Shown one piece after another: positions 1 to 13,227 of a stretch of DNA of 64,000 bases. Both the position numbers and the translations under genes were made by a program. The stretch comes from Cetorhinus maximus. Taxonomy: Eukaryota. The notes beneath the pieces are model-generated. The model made no database searches, had not been told where the DNA came from, and was given only the letters and a program-made list of their open reading frames with translations. The stretch is taken from positions 992,001 through 1,056,000 of the forward strand of contig NC_135916.1 of NCBI RefSeq assembly GCF_964194155.1, written 5' to 3'. Position 1 is the first letter of the stretch, and the number at the start of each line of letters is the position of its first letter.

Positions 1-284
1 TTTTACAAGGATTGAAATAGAAGCAGGCATCTGACTCTTTATAGAAAGTGTAGTATTGAGGGGGGAATATTGCCGACAGTATTGATTTTAATACGATTTT
101 CTAAATAGCTGGTTTATGATGTTGGCGTGTTTAAGTTACTTTAACAGCTTTCTGTTCAGCTCTCTTCAAAATTTGATAAATAAATGCGTTTTTGGCAGGC
201 AGGAGGTGGAGCTGGTTTACCAAAGACGTTAGTTGTGTCTGTCACTCGGTCTCTTCGCCCCGCCTCTCTCTCTCTCTCCCTTCC

Positions 285-312
285 TCAGTCAGGTCGGGGC
301 GGGCTGTATAAA
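285..312 (+). promoter_or_regulatory. H4 promoter: H4 box/site II-like element, GC box, TATA
   Basis: TCAGTCAGGTCG-GGGCGGG-CTG-TATAAAA; the same block precedes the H4 genes at 35203, 53862 and 56977. Confidence 0.8.
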
Positions 313-360
313 AGCGGAACGTGAAGCAGCTCCCAACTCATTCAGCAGCGATTTGACTGA

Positions 361-681
<321 letters not shown>

Positions 682-714
682 ACAAATCGACCCGACTCTC
701 TAACAAAACCCAAA

Positions 715-757
715 GGCTCTTCTAAGAGCCGCCCACAACCTCACATTGAGAGCAGTG
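715..757 (+). terminator. Histone 3' stem-loop and U7-binding downstream element (HDE) of H4
   Basis: GGCTCT-TCTA-AGAGCC at 715-730, then TGAGAGCAGTG. Confidence 0.9.
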
Positions 758-1844
758 ACCTCAGAGCAGGAGAGGAAAAGCGATATGTAGTTTTATATAA
801 ACACTGCGTTTCCATCTGCGCATTCTCCATTAACAATATAATCGTGAGTCACACAAAATTCATGGTTTAATTTAGTTCGGTTTTCAGGAATTCGCTTCCT
901 TTATACTTGCCGAATCTCGATTCAAAGCTTGACTGAGGAACACGACAGCTCCCAAACTAACACCGAGTTCACAAGATAAAGGCCATCATTTATTACACTT
1001 TAATCAGGAGTAACTATTTTGAGACACATCATTCTCGCTTCTTCGCCCCATTATCACCCTGTCTTCTTTCTTCGCCATCTGTTCCTGGGTCGTTGAGACA
1101 TGACAGGGTCTGGGAGGTACCAGTATACCAGCTTTAAATGGATCAGCCTGTATCCATGCAGCATGTTGTCTGGTTCCTGGGAGCACTGAACAGATTTATT
1201 CTGGCCTGTATCAGGGCGATCAATGAAATAACCCAAATTTAAACGGGAATGTAAGGCGAATATTGAGAGGCTGATTGAAAAATCTGACTACACTTAATCA
1301 CCTCGATTCTGCAACCCAGGACGGACTGAAGGGTGATGTGGAAGATCTGATTTTGGTGCATGGTTTGGACTGCGAAGATGCATTTACGCACATTGTGGAA
1401 GATAGTTCAAATATGTAAACTTAGATATTAACTTGATTTACAGAATGGGTGCGCAATCCGCCCACCCACATCGCCTCCCCCAGCCATAAAACACTAGAAA
1501 CAAGAGCCAAGCCATTCTCTCTATAACATCTATAGGGCTTTGACCTGAATAAACCGATAATGTTGATCAGTTTTAAATGTGAGACCCAAAATTTCGCCCA
1601 TCAATAGGAGTTTGATTCCAGCCTGCTGTAAGCCGATCAGGGAATGAAGGAGAATTTAGTCCGTGTTCGAAAGCAGGAAGTCGGAGCGGGGACCGAAATG
1701 GGGCTCGCAAACTTTCAGACCTTGTGATATTTGTCCATTCAGATTGATTTTATCTGTCTTCAAACTAGGTTTATTTTAATGTCAGTTACTCGTTCCTCTG
1801 AAATTGGCGGGCATTTTGAAATTGATGAACTGTCAGTTTCTGCT

Positions 1845-1957
1845 CCACCAATCAGGGCCCAGAAATCCATGCAGCCCGCTGCTCTTTTCAAATTTCTCGG
1901 CGGGATTGCGCTGCATCCAATCAGGACAGGAGGGAGGTGACGGACATGTCTTAAATA
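1845..1957 (+). promoter_or_regulatory. H3 promoter: two CCAAT boxes and TATA-like element
   Basis: CCAATCAG twice and TTAAATA; conserved before every H3 copy. Confidence 0.75.
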
Positions 1958-1958
1958 G

Positions 1959-2426
<468 letters not shown>

Positions 2427-2468
2427 ACTCACCCTACCCGACTCTAGACTTACACCGAGAACCACAAA

Positions 2469-2509
2469 GGCTCTTTTAAGAGCCAACAAGTCGGTCAGAG
2501 AAAGAGCTG
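2469..2509 (+). terminator. Histone stem-loop and HDE of H3
   Basis: GGCTCTTTTAAGAGCC then GAAAGAGCTG. Confidence 0.92.
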
Positions 2510-2890
2510 CGATCCCTTGTTAAAAACTCCAGCACCTAAAACCCTCAAACCTACAATTTATTTTCTTTCCTTCTGTTTACCCGTTTCCCTCCCTCTGATG
2601 CATTTGGGGTTATGAGGTGATTCCGTTTATATTTGTTTGTAATTTTACATCATTTAATTGGAAATGGGATGATTTAATTATTCAAGAACGTTTCCCTGAA
2701 CATTGTCAATTGGTCATATTTAGATGCAGCACAGACTCCTCATGTCTGGAAAAGGCAACAGCACCAGCGTCTCGTTGTAAGCAGCGCTTTCACAGATCGC
2801 ATTAGAAATATAATGTCATTCCGAATCGATAGGGATGTTATCGCACATGCGGATAGACAATAGGTCGCCCCTTTCACTGATTAAGTGAGT

Positions 2891-2906
2891 GGCTCTGAAA
2901 AGAGCC
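2891..2906 (-). terminator. Histone stem-loop of H2A
   Basis: Minus strand GGCTCTTTTCAGAGCC. Confidence 0.92.
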
Positions 2907-2936
2907 TTTGGGTTCTCAGTTTAAAGAATGGTGGCT

Positions 2937-3380
<444 letters not shown>

Positions 3381-3384
3381 TCAG

Positions 3385-3570
3385 TTCCCTTATACCCTCA
3401 GGAGGAATGGTGGTGCGCTCAGAGCTGATTGGGCAATTATATTATAGCTCATAATATTCTTCATGTTACCAATCAGATTTCTGCCTGACTCACCAATGCG
3501 GGCAAGCAACGTATGAAGTCGGAAGTTAAGGGCGCCAAATCATCAGTTAAACAAACGATTATATATTTCA
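3385..3570 (-). promoter_or_regulatory. H2A promoter region
   Basis: TATAAG on minus strand and several CCAAT/ATTGG boxes directly upstream of H2A. Confidence 0.65.
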
Positions 3571-4450
3571 AAATGAATAAGAGCGCCAAAAATTTAATCG
3601 ATGGAAATATCGCACAGAAATCGTCTTAGCTAAACAAAGGACAATTCCTTTACAAATTGTTCTAATGCTTAACATTAAAGCAGTTCTCTTACAGAATGTT
3701 AGAAGGTTTCTCGCTCTCGTTTCCTCGTCTACAGTTTACCCGTAACTATCAGTTTCTGGTTTTACCTGTGGACAAGAGGACAATAAAGGATCCAATTTTC
3801 CAGAATCCAAACTTTTGTTTTTTTCATGTTCGTGAGTGTCAAAAGCGGAGTGCACATTTTTTGGCTTAAATCTGCCAGTATTGAAACTGAGGCTTCCTAC
3901 ACCGCCAGGGCTGATACGGAATGAATTGATCAAATCAACTTTTATAATGCTGGGGAGGGATAGCATCTTTGAGGGTTCAAAGATAGACTCTGCTTGATTA
4001 CATTTATACAACAAGGCAGGGTCTACCCTGAAGCAGCAAACATACATTGTATTCCAATCCAACAATACAAATGAAAATCCTCTGCAGGCTATGTGATTCT
4101 GGGATTAAGCCTAATCATCATTATTTGTTACTTAAATGTAGTTTTCGCTCCCTGAAGCTTTTCTCCCGAAATTGACATCAACGATATATGTTTTTGTTTT
4201 TGTCTCTGTAACATTCAGTTTTAAGTCAGTTTGGATTTTATCTGGTGCATGTCAATCCCTGGAGAAAATTTTATATTTCATTCGACATATATTGCTGCCA
4301 CCATAAGATTATGCTTCTATTCTCATTTTAATCCCGACATTATCTGTTAAACCCTGCTATGGGTGCATGGAATATCTGTCTGTTCATGATAAATAAATGG
4401 GAACTTTAATCTGAAATGTATAATTTTCTAAAAAAATAAAGCAGCGTAAA

Positions 4451-5423
4451 AAACAGGGAATTACAGACTGATTAGCCTATCATCAGTGGTAGACTTAATA
4501 CGAGAGTCCACTCTGTCATAATAAGAGACTTTGAAAATGTCAAATGGATTGGACAAAGATAGCATGCGTTTATGAAAGGAAAATCATGTTTGACAAACCT
4601 ATTGTAGCTTTTTTGGGAATTAAATTGCAAAGTAGATAAGGGAAAACCAGATGATGTGGTCTATTTAGATTTTCAGAAAGCTTTTGTTAAATGCCCACTT
4701 AACTGGTTTGTGTACCAAATTGAAGTGCATGGGATGGGGGTTTGGATTGGCATGTACAGTGAAAGGATTAGTAAACAGGATAAAGAGAGCAGGAATAAAT
4801 CAGTCTTTTTGAGAATGGCAGAAGTTGACAAGTGGTGTGCCACAGGGATCAGTGCTTGGGTCCCAGTATTCAGAATAGACAAGAATGATTGTGATGAAGG
4901 AAGCAAAGATAATATTTCCAAGGTTGCTGATGACACAAATCTAGGAGGGAATGTGAGAGATGAGGAGGAAGTTAAAATTGCCCAAGGAGATTTAGATAAC
5001 TTGAGTGAGTGGGAAAAAAACATGGCAGATGGAGTATAAAGTGGCTAGATGTGAATTCATCCACTTTGGTACGAAAAACAGAATGGCAGAGTATTATTTA
5101 AATAGTGATAGGTTGGGAAATGTTGATTTACGAAGAGACCTGCGTGCAGCACATGATCACCAGGCTGATTCATGGGCTGGCAGGATTGTCACATGAGGGG
5201 AGAATGGGCCGATTCGGACTGTATACACTCAGTGATTGTAGAATGAGAGGGCAAGTATTTGAAATACATGAAATAGTGACAGCGCTGGTCAGGCTGGGTG
5301 CAGGGATGATGTTTCCTCTGGCTGAAAGGCCTAGCACATGTGTTCAATCTCAGGATACGTTGTAGTCCATTTCGGGCTGTGTTGAGGACAAAGTTGTTGA
5401 CTCATAGGGTGGTGAACATGTGA
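4451..5423 (+). mobile_element. Degenerate CR1 LINE ORF2 (RT) fragment
   Basis: YLDFQKAF, SKVADDT and WQMEY motifs with stops, frameshifts and an internal deletion. Confidence 0.9.
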
Positions 5424-6356
5424 TTGAGTTGCATTCATTTTGTAACCTCCAGTATCTTGTATGTGAACGTATATATAATTCCCTCCATGTATCCGTGATG
5501 TTTGCAAGAGTGGAACTAACTCTATTTTTAATATTTTAATGTGCTATCTCCAAAAGTGAGATTTCGTTCGAATCACTCAAAATCTGGAACCAAATGTGAA
5601 GTTCCAATTGATATTCATATAGTCAACTGCTACAAGTATGTTTTCCTTGTGTGTCGATTGGTGACATATTGCCTGACTGTAGATTTGGCCCTGTAACATT
5701 CGGATTTTCCTCATTGTTATGTTTTTAGTGTATGTTTGTGGTTTTATCCCTGTATTTCATTCACTGGTACTTTGCATCAGATGGGGATAATTCATTGCTT
5801 CTCAGCGTCTTGTATAATCTGTGAGTTTGGCCATGGTTCTATAATTGTCAGTCTCTCAAACTGAATGTGAGTGTGTAATAATTCAGTCTTTAAGAGCAAC
5901 GAGCTGACAATGAGTGTGTGATTCATTCCACTGAACTGTGCATCTGGTTTGTATGAGTATGTTCCACTCTCTGCATATCTCTCATTGTCCTTTACAGTGC
6001 ATGATTTGGGGATTAAATTGAACATGACAGTTTCCAATAGACGATGTGATTGTGGGGTTATTTCTGTATTTTTATGGTTTCAGCTATTCTATTTGAATGA
6101 GATCTTTTCTGCCTCATTCAGATTCAGGTAGTGTAGTGAGTGTGGGATTTATTATAAAGCTTTCAGACTTGGAAATTTGGGTGATTAACATCTGCATCAT
6201 GGATTTTTGCTCCCCAGGCACAGTGTATGTGGGGATAATTATGTAGTTGCCGTTCTCTGGTATGCTTTGAATTTATTTTTGTTCTTATAGCTGTATTTGA
6301 TCTGTGTTTGAATGTGTGAGTAATTTTGCACCTGAGAATTCTGCCCATCTAAGTAT

Positions 6357-6572
6357 ATACAACTTCTCTCTCCCCCCGCCACCCCACCTTAAACCAGCTT
6401 ATATTTCACCTTTCTCCTAACTATGCTTCAGTTCTGCCGAAGGGTCGTTAAGACTCGAAACGTTAACTGATTTCATCTCCACCGATGCTGCCAGACCTGC
6501 TGAGCTTTTCCAGGTAATTCTGTTTTTGTTTTGGATTTCCAGCATCCGCAGTAGCTTTTAGCTTTTTGTTTT
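6357..6572 (+). mobile_element. Solo Penelope pLTR
   Basis: Near-identical to 48960-49169; flanked by TAAGTA direct repeats. Confidence 0.85.
6429..6469 (+). ncRNA. Minimal hammerhead ribozyme-like motif, variant core
   Basis: CAGTT-CTGCCGA-A-GGGTC..GACTC-GAAAC-GTT-AACTG: stem I, stem II, palindromic AACGTT. Confidence 0.6.
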
Positions 6573-8492
6573 TAAGTAGGTATATTATTCAATCTGTATC
6601 TGTTTTTCTCCACTGTTGCAGGTAAGTGTGAGATAAGACTATATCTGGACTTTTAATGAAACGTGTTGGAATATATTTTTATGAAACCCTCAACATAGCA
6701 GTATTTGTTAACCTTTGGTTTAACCTATAACATTGGCTTCATGTGTTTTGTAGTCACAGGTTATATTCAATAGTTGCCTGGGATTTGTGGAATCACATTT
6801 GATTTTTAGCTCTGTGAAAACAATTGTGAATATTTAATCAGATACACAGCCTCATATGTAATTTGTTCATTTTGTATAAAGGGATTGCTGTTGAATCTTT
6901 ACTGATGCTGCCATTTTTGGTGTGAAATATATAGATATGTCTAAATTCTAAGGGACGGTGCTGCAATTTATTCTGTCCCTTCCAATCAGTTATTTCTTGT
7001 CTAATGAGGCTCAGAATAATTAATTAATTTCTGACCAACGCAACACAATATAATTAAATCTGATATTTGGTGTGTTTTCTGTGAACATGTTGATGGATGT
7101 ATGCTCCTCTCATCTAGGTTACTGGAAATAAAAACAAACAACAACAATAAAATCAGACTCTCCTGCTCAGTTTGTATCTTGCATTGAAAAGTTGTCACTT
7201 CCCTTTGAAACAGTGTGGGAATGAACAATTAATTGGTTGTGACTGTGGACATAATGACCTGGAAGTTTCTCTGCTCTCAGTGAATGGTCCTGTACCTAGC
7301 TAGTGTTGCAGCTAGCTCACTTTTTAACCTTGTTCATTTTGTGACTTTTGAAGTTGTCACTATTATCTACCTTTGTCACTAACATCATCATGCAGCAGGA
7401 ATACCCATAGCACAGCTTGTGAGCTAAGATTTGTTTGTCTCTTTTCATGTTGTACCTTTCAACCATTATTCATTCCTGATATTTCGACTGCAGATTGATT
7501 TATTAATTTGGAGACCTGTACTATTATTTCAGTAATTTTTCCATGTAGAAATATGAAGGTGAGTTTCACTTTTGGAACACATGGATGAAAATAGTATTTT
7601 GCCATTTTTATTTGAACAGTGATATCCTTCTTTGCTGGACCACTCCTCTGATTGCATTGACAATCACTGGGATGCATTTAAGTATTTTATTCTGTATCTA
7701 TTGTTTTCTGAGATGAAAAGGTGAAAGCTTTGTAACTGTCAATCTTTAAGTCTCATAACAATGCACATGTCGAATTTTGTTTTGTCTGATTTTTCTCATA
7801 AATATTTAAATGCCAGGTTTGTTGTCATCTAAGGCTGTGTTTCTGTCTCCATCTGCCAGTTTTTTTTATGAGTGTGAGTTTTAAACTGTCGGGTGTGCTT
7901 TCACATATGTGAGTATGATTTCCGTTTCTTAATCTGCTGCTGTATTTATCAGTTTCTGGGATTCTTAATGTGACTGTGACTCAGTAACTGTCAGGTTCTG
8001 GTAAGTGATTGCTGGTGTTAGAATGTCCATGTGAATGTCTTGTTTTACTTTCTAGCACTTCCTTACTTGCTATTGAGCTTTTTTCCCTCAGTCTCTCCAT
8101 TAGTTTGTGGCATGTGAATGTGAGTGCTATTCTGTATCTGTCAATAACTGCATTGTGAGCGTGAGTCATAATTGCAATTGCCAGTTTTAGGTATGTGTCT
8201 GGAATGCAAATGTGAATTTTACACTGCAGTTCTCACTTTTGAATGTCTGAATGTATGTTTGAGATTACTTCACTGACTTTGACAATGTAACTATGATTAT
8301 TCTCAGTGCATTTTCTATGAGTATAGCCTACATTCTTTATCTATTAGTGTCTTATCAGCAAATGTAAGACTTATTCAAAATCTGTCAGTATTATAGTATT
8401 GTCATTGTGCGATTGATGATGTGTCTGTGCATGCCTGCTTTTATCTGTGTTTGGGTCTGTGTGAGAGACAGAGAGAGAGAGCATGTCTGAAG

Positions 8493-8520
8493 ATGTGTGT
8501 GTGTGTGTGTGTGTGTGTGT
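8493..8520 (+). repeat. (TG)n microsatellite
   Basis: Direct reading. Confidence 0.95.
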
Positions 8521-9114
8521 TCATGGTGTTTTTTTGTGTTTTCGTTCCTTCTGTCTCTCTAATGTGTTTATAGACTTATCTTTTTATTTGTCATTGTTCA
8601 ATATAGAAATGTGCATGTTGATTGGTACTCATAATTATCTGGCATGATGGCATGGATTCATTCTGTACATGTCCAATTCTTCCCTTTTCAATTTTGATAG
8701 TCTTGGCTGTAAGCAGTAACTGTTAGGTTTGGTGTATGTAAGTTTGCATTTTATCAGTAGTTGACCTTTTCAGATATGAGACTGCGGTATTCAATCTACC
8801 CGCTCATTTCCAGTTTGTGTTGTGAGCATGTCTTTTACTTTGTTAAAGTGAACATGTAGTTTCTGAGACTCTGCATTTACAGTGAATCTGTTGTATGAAT
8901 GCCGATTTTAGTCTGTACCAATTTGATTCAGTTTCTTGTTTTATTTTCGGTGCTCAAATCTCTGTTTTACAAGTGATATATTCCATTCTGCTTGTGTCAA
9001 TTTTTGATGAACTGAACAATAGTTTTTGTGAGATTCTGTTGATATTTTGTGTCTGAATATGGGATTTCCTTTGTACATGTCAGATTTTAGCATGAAGGAA
9101 TGTTTATCAACTGC

Positions 9115-9350
9115 AACTAAGCAAAGCCAAAATATTCTCGGCTGGATGTTGGAAACCTCAAAAAAAGGGAAGAAAATTGCTGAGAATACTGAGCAGGATT
9201 GTCAACATCTGTGGAGAAAAAGCTGAACTGCCCGTTATCTGAAATTCCTGATGTGATGGAAGGTCATTTGCCTGTAATGTTCACCCTCAATCTTTCTAAA
9301 CAGTTGTTGCCGTCCCTGCTGAATATTTCCAGCATTGTCGGTGTTTTTTC
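9115..9350. mobile_element. Old inverted pair of Penelope-type pLTR remnants
   Basis: AATTGCTGAGAATACTGAGCAGG ... CCTGCTGAATATTTCCAGCATT; orthologous copies at ~26915-27150 and ~42750-42985. Confidence 0.6.
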
Positions 9351-10211
9351 CTCCCCCTGTCTGTGTTAATTCCCAGCTGGTAAATATCACTCTGCACCTG
9401 ACAGAGTCTGATACTTACATTTCACTTTTATTCTGACAGAATCTCCAAGTGCATTTTCCTCTCTGACTCTCATTTATGTGTGTGTCTGAATCATTGTCGA
9501 TTTTACGGTGAGCCTGTTAGCCGACAATATTTATGAATGATGGCCACCTTTCAGTTTTCCATTTAGTATGAAAGCATGAACCTATTTTCCATGTCCCTCT
9601 CGGTTTATGGAATGGACTGATTTGTTTTGATCAGCGACTTAAAGTTTTTAATGCATGTTCATGTGTGTTTTTACAGTAGCCATCAAGATCAGCGATGTGT
9701 GTAGCCATGCTTCTCCTATTTTGAAAAGGCTTATAGAAAATTTGATTTTATTCTGCATCTCTATGTCCCTGGAATGTGTCTGTGGTTTTACAATGTAATT
9801 GTCTGTCTCTGTTATGGGAATGCAGGATAGTTCCGTGTCGGTCAGACTCTCCTCTGAGAGTGGTGTTATGTTATTCTCTGTACTTGTCAATATCTGCTTT
9901 GTGAGTTAAGTTTTAACCATTTTTTGTTTGTAGTGATCTGTCGAAGTGAGTGTTTGTGACAATATTCCTCTGGCATGTCTATGCACGCCTCCATTAACAA
10001 AAATATACTCTATCTTGATTTCTGATATTGAATAAGATTTTTGGAATGGAATTTAACTTGTTGCTTTGCGAGAACTTTGCATGTATTCATGAAGAATTCT
10101 GCAAACATTAATTGTCTGATATTTAAGTTGTAGCTAATGATCTACTCTTGTGACATGAATGGACTGCCCTTCAATCTGATAATGTTTGCGATTTTGGACT
10201 GAAATTGGTGC

Positions 10212-10703
10212 TGTTGTGCTTTCTTCTAAGAATCGAATACAGTGACACAGATACAAGTTTAGGATTGTTTATTAAAGGGAACAACAGGGAGGGTCTGCTC
10301 CCTTTGAATGCCTAAAACAGAACTCTACCGATTACAGGATAACAATCTTTTTAAACACTAAACCGTTCACGTACACATTACACTATTCTAATTCCAATCT
10401 TGGCAGTACATAATCACATGACAATCAGATGCCGCCAGTCCGAGGAACATACATTTACTTTCCCAAGCAGGGCCTCTTCATCTCGTTCTAGCCTGGCTCT
10501 ATCCCTGATACTCTTTGTCATTACACTGATGTGTTTATCTTCATCCCTCTTCTATCTCCTAACCAGTTAATCCCTTATGATCCCAAAGGTCTTCCTAGAG
10601 AGAGCTGCTGATACCAGCCCTTATGGTGTACAAGTTTTCACTGGAGAATTTTGCTGACCTTTGGTTTCACTAAAAACATAGAAATCGCTGCTTACCTCTT
10701 ACA
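10212..10703 (-). mobile_element. Solo LTR
   Basis: 492-bp insert absent from the paralogous site at ~29490; TGT...ACA termini; GTGC/GTGG imperfect TSD; minus-strand AATAAA at 10268-10273. Confidence 0.7.
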
Positions 10704-10799
10704 GTGGGTCTACCATTCAGCAGTACCGAGTAGCAGTGTTTTGTGGGGAATATAATTCAGTCTCCCCTGTGTGTTAGCCTACTGGATTGATCATGTGTA

Positions 10800-11727
10800 T
10801 CAGGGTTTGAGTTCAATTCGAGTCTGACTATTTCTGCTCTGGGTGATGGTCACAGTGATGTTCTGTCTGTATCTGTGCACTCTTGGAGTAGGATCGTACC
10901 TGCTGCCAGTTAGAAGGAGATAGCTGCACCTCTGTGTTGGCTGGTGGAACTTGAGATTGAAACTGACCCCTTCATTAACCTGCCAGAGAGGAAGAAAGAT
11001 ATCTCCAGTAAGGCAAAATCAGCTGAGGTCAGTAAAAGGCAATAGATCAATGTAATATTTCAACTGATAATCAATTTCAAAAATACTGTACATATCATGG
11101 CGGACAACGAAAAAACTACAGTGTCTGATTCCACTTCTAACTATTGAGTGAGATTCAGAATCAACCCGCATCTGCACTGCTCCAAGTGTGTCACTACCAG
11201 GGCCCAGAGATATTGGTACAGGACAGATTTCAATTTCCAGCTCCCTTTGTAAGAACCGCCAACTCAATCTAACTGTGGAAGGTACAATGTTTCTTTGAGA
11301 CGCCTCAGCTGAACAGCTGGTGCCTGCAACACGTGTCGTTAACGTTACTGCTCCACTCCTTACTCTCCGTCTGTTTCCACGATTCACTGTCCAAAAGCCA
11401 ACACGTTGTGTGAATCAGCAGCTAAACTTGGAATATGCATTACAGGATTGAGGGGGGATATCCCAATAGTTTTCAATTGCAGCTTGCTCAGGTTCTGTCT
11501 CCCTCAGCAGGGCCACACACAGCCCCAGAAAGGCCTCTCCCCGACCACCAGCTCACTCCAAGTTCCGGAACACGTTCCCGCTCCGCTCCGCCTCTTACAA
11601 ACAGCCCCCCGGTTCCCCCTGAACTTACCCCGAGTCAATGATGATTGCTGTGTCCACACTGACAAACCGGTGCCCTGCTGGAATCAGAACGCTGTTTACT
11701 CGCTTACCCGGGCCCCAGTATTTCCAT
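10800..11727 (-). pseudogene. Disrupted copy of the putative spliced spacer gene (exons 11727-11708 and 10899-10800)
   Basis: MEILGPG exon, GTAAGC donor, CAGCAG acceptor; premature TGA after 39 aa, further stops and a downstream LTR insertion. Confidence 0.35.
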
Positions 11728-11760
11728 TTCCGTCTGATTGAAACAAAGGTCTTCCGCTCG

Positions 11761-11870
11761 CTGAGTGAAAGGACGTCAAGGGCAGTGGTTGGTGGGAAGG
11801 GAAGCGCGCATGCGCCCGACTAGTCACCGAGAAATTCCAAAACGCAGGGCTGCAATGCGCATGTGCTTTT
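11761..11870 (-). promoter_or_regulatory. NRF1-type promoter
   Basis: GCGCATGCGC at 11806-11815 plus TGCGCATGTGC; retained in all three spacers. Confidence 0.6.
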
Positions 11871-13227
11871 GGAAACTAACTAAGAACAAAACCAGGTCAT
11901 CTGGTCCTTCCCCATGTCAATTTCCTCAGCCTTGAGCATAGGAATTGGAATGTGGGGAACGGGCAGAGACGTTACGAGCAGGAGGGCCATCCCTGTATTA
12001 AATCCAAACTGGGCGTCTTTGCTGTTCATTCGACGGTCTCCGCAAATTAATCCACATGTCGAATAGGTCTGTTTGCTGTTATAGCTCAGAACTTAATATC
12101 AGATCGTAAAAGTCTCAGGTTAATATAATCAGATTGAAAATGTCAGTCACTGACTGTCGTATTCAACAATTTTAGTCGAAGATTTCCCGAGAGTTCCAGA
12201 GTTTATAGAATGTTATATTTCATTATTATTGCCTCAACACCACTCAGTTTCCTGGACTGTGGGACAGAAATGTATCTGCCTCTCCTCCAATGTTAATGAG
12301 AGATGAGGCCTGGTATTTCGCACCGCTGGGGGATCTATAAGCCTTATCGATCAGCTTCAGAATATTCAGTGTTTCAAAAAGAAAACCTCTCAATCTTCTA
12401 AACTCCAATGACGATTATTCCAACTTGATCATGATTTCCTCACCAGTCAACAACTGGAAGCTGCTCATGAACATTCCCTGAACTGTATCAAGGGATCGAT
12501 ATTATTCAGTTGTCCCCCATCCCTCTACTGCTGTTGATGTGCATGTTACTAATGTTACTGATAGGATTATATAAACTGATACTCACACTCCTCCCATGTG
12601 AGGTGAGGGACTGTCACTGTTCATTCTCCTCTCAGAAATTCAAGTATGACATTTCATTAGATTATCTCCAGTCAAACATCGAATTCTGCTCTGAAAAACT
12701 CTGTCACTGTCAGGAACGTGACGATGGGAGAAGTCATCGCAGCCACCGCGACTCAGGAGGGAATCGAGGAGGACCCACTGTCAAAGAATGGAATAGCCCC
12801 AAGCATTACATTGCTGTAGTGTTTCCATCCCTCCCTCATCCTCAAACCTAAAAAACAGAGAGAGGGGAAGAGGCAGTGTCTCCAGGAGTGCACCAAATCT
12901 GCGAGGGATACTCTTCTGAAAGTGGAATTTAAAGAAAAAGCAGCTGATTGCTGAGTAAATCCTGGGAGCAGACTCGGAGGGAGGAGAACCGAAGCGGTGA
13001 GTGTAAACCTAGCTTACCTTGAGGATTCGCAGTCTTGTCTCTAGGGAGCAGACTCGGAGGGAGGAGCAGCAGAGTGGTGACCTCGGGGCACAGAGTAACT
13101 GAAGCCAAAACTGGAAAAAGTGACGTCACATGAAAGCTGTGACCTGATTGGTTGGTAGGAAATCTGCACCAAATTTGAAAAAAAAAACACGGCAAAGCTA
13201 ATTAATAAATTAATTATCTAAGTACAG

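Noticed and set aside
11634-11741. C/D box snoRNA-like pattern on the plus strand (ATGATGA...CTGA...CTGA with TCAA/TTGA ends)
   Set aside because: The terminal D box is CTGT in both paralogs, the stem register does not fit a K-turn, and I recognise no guide target. A snoscan or Infernal run would settle it.
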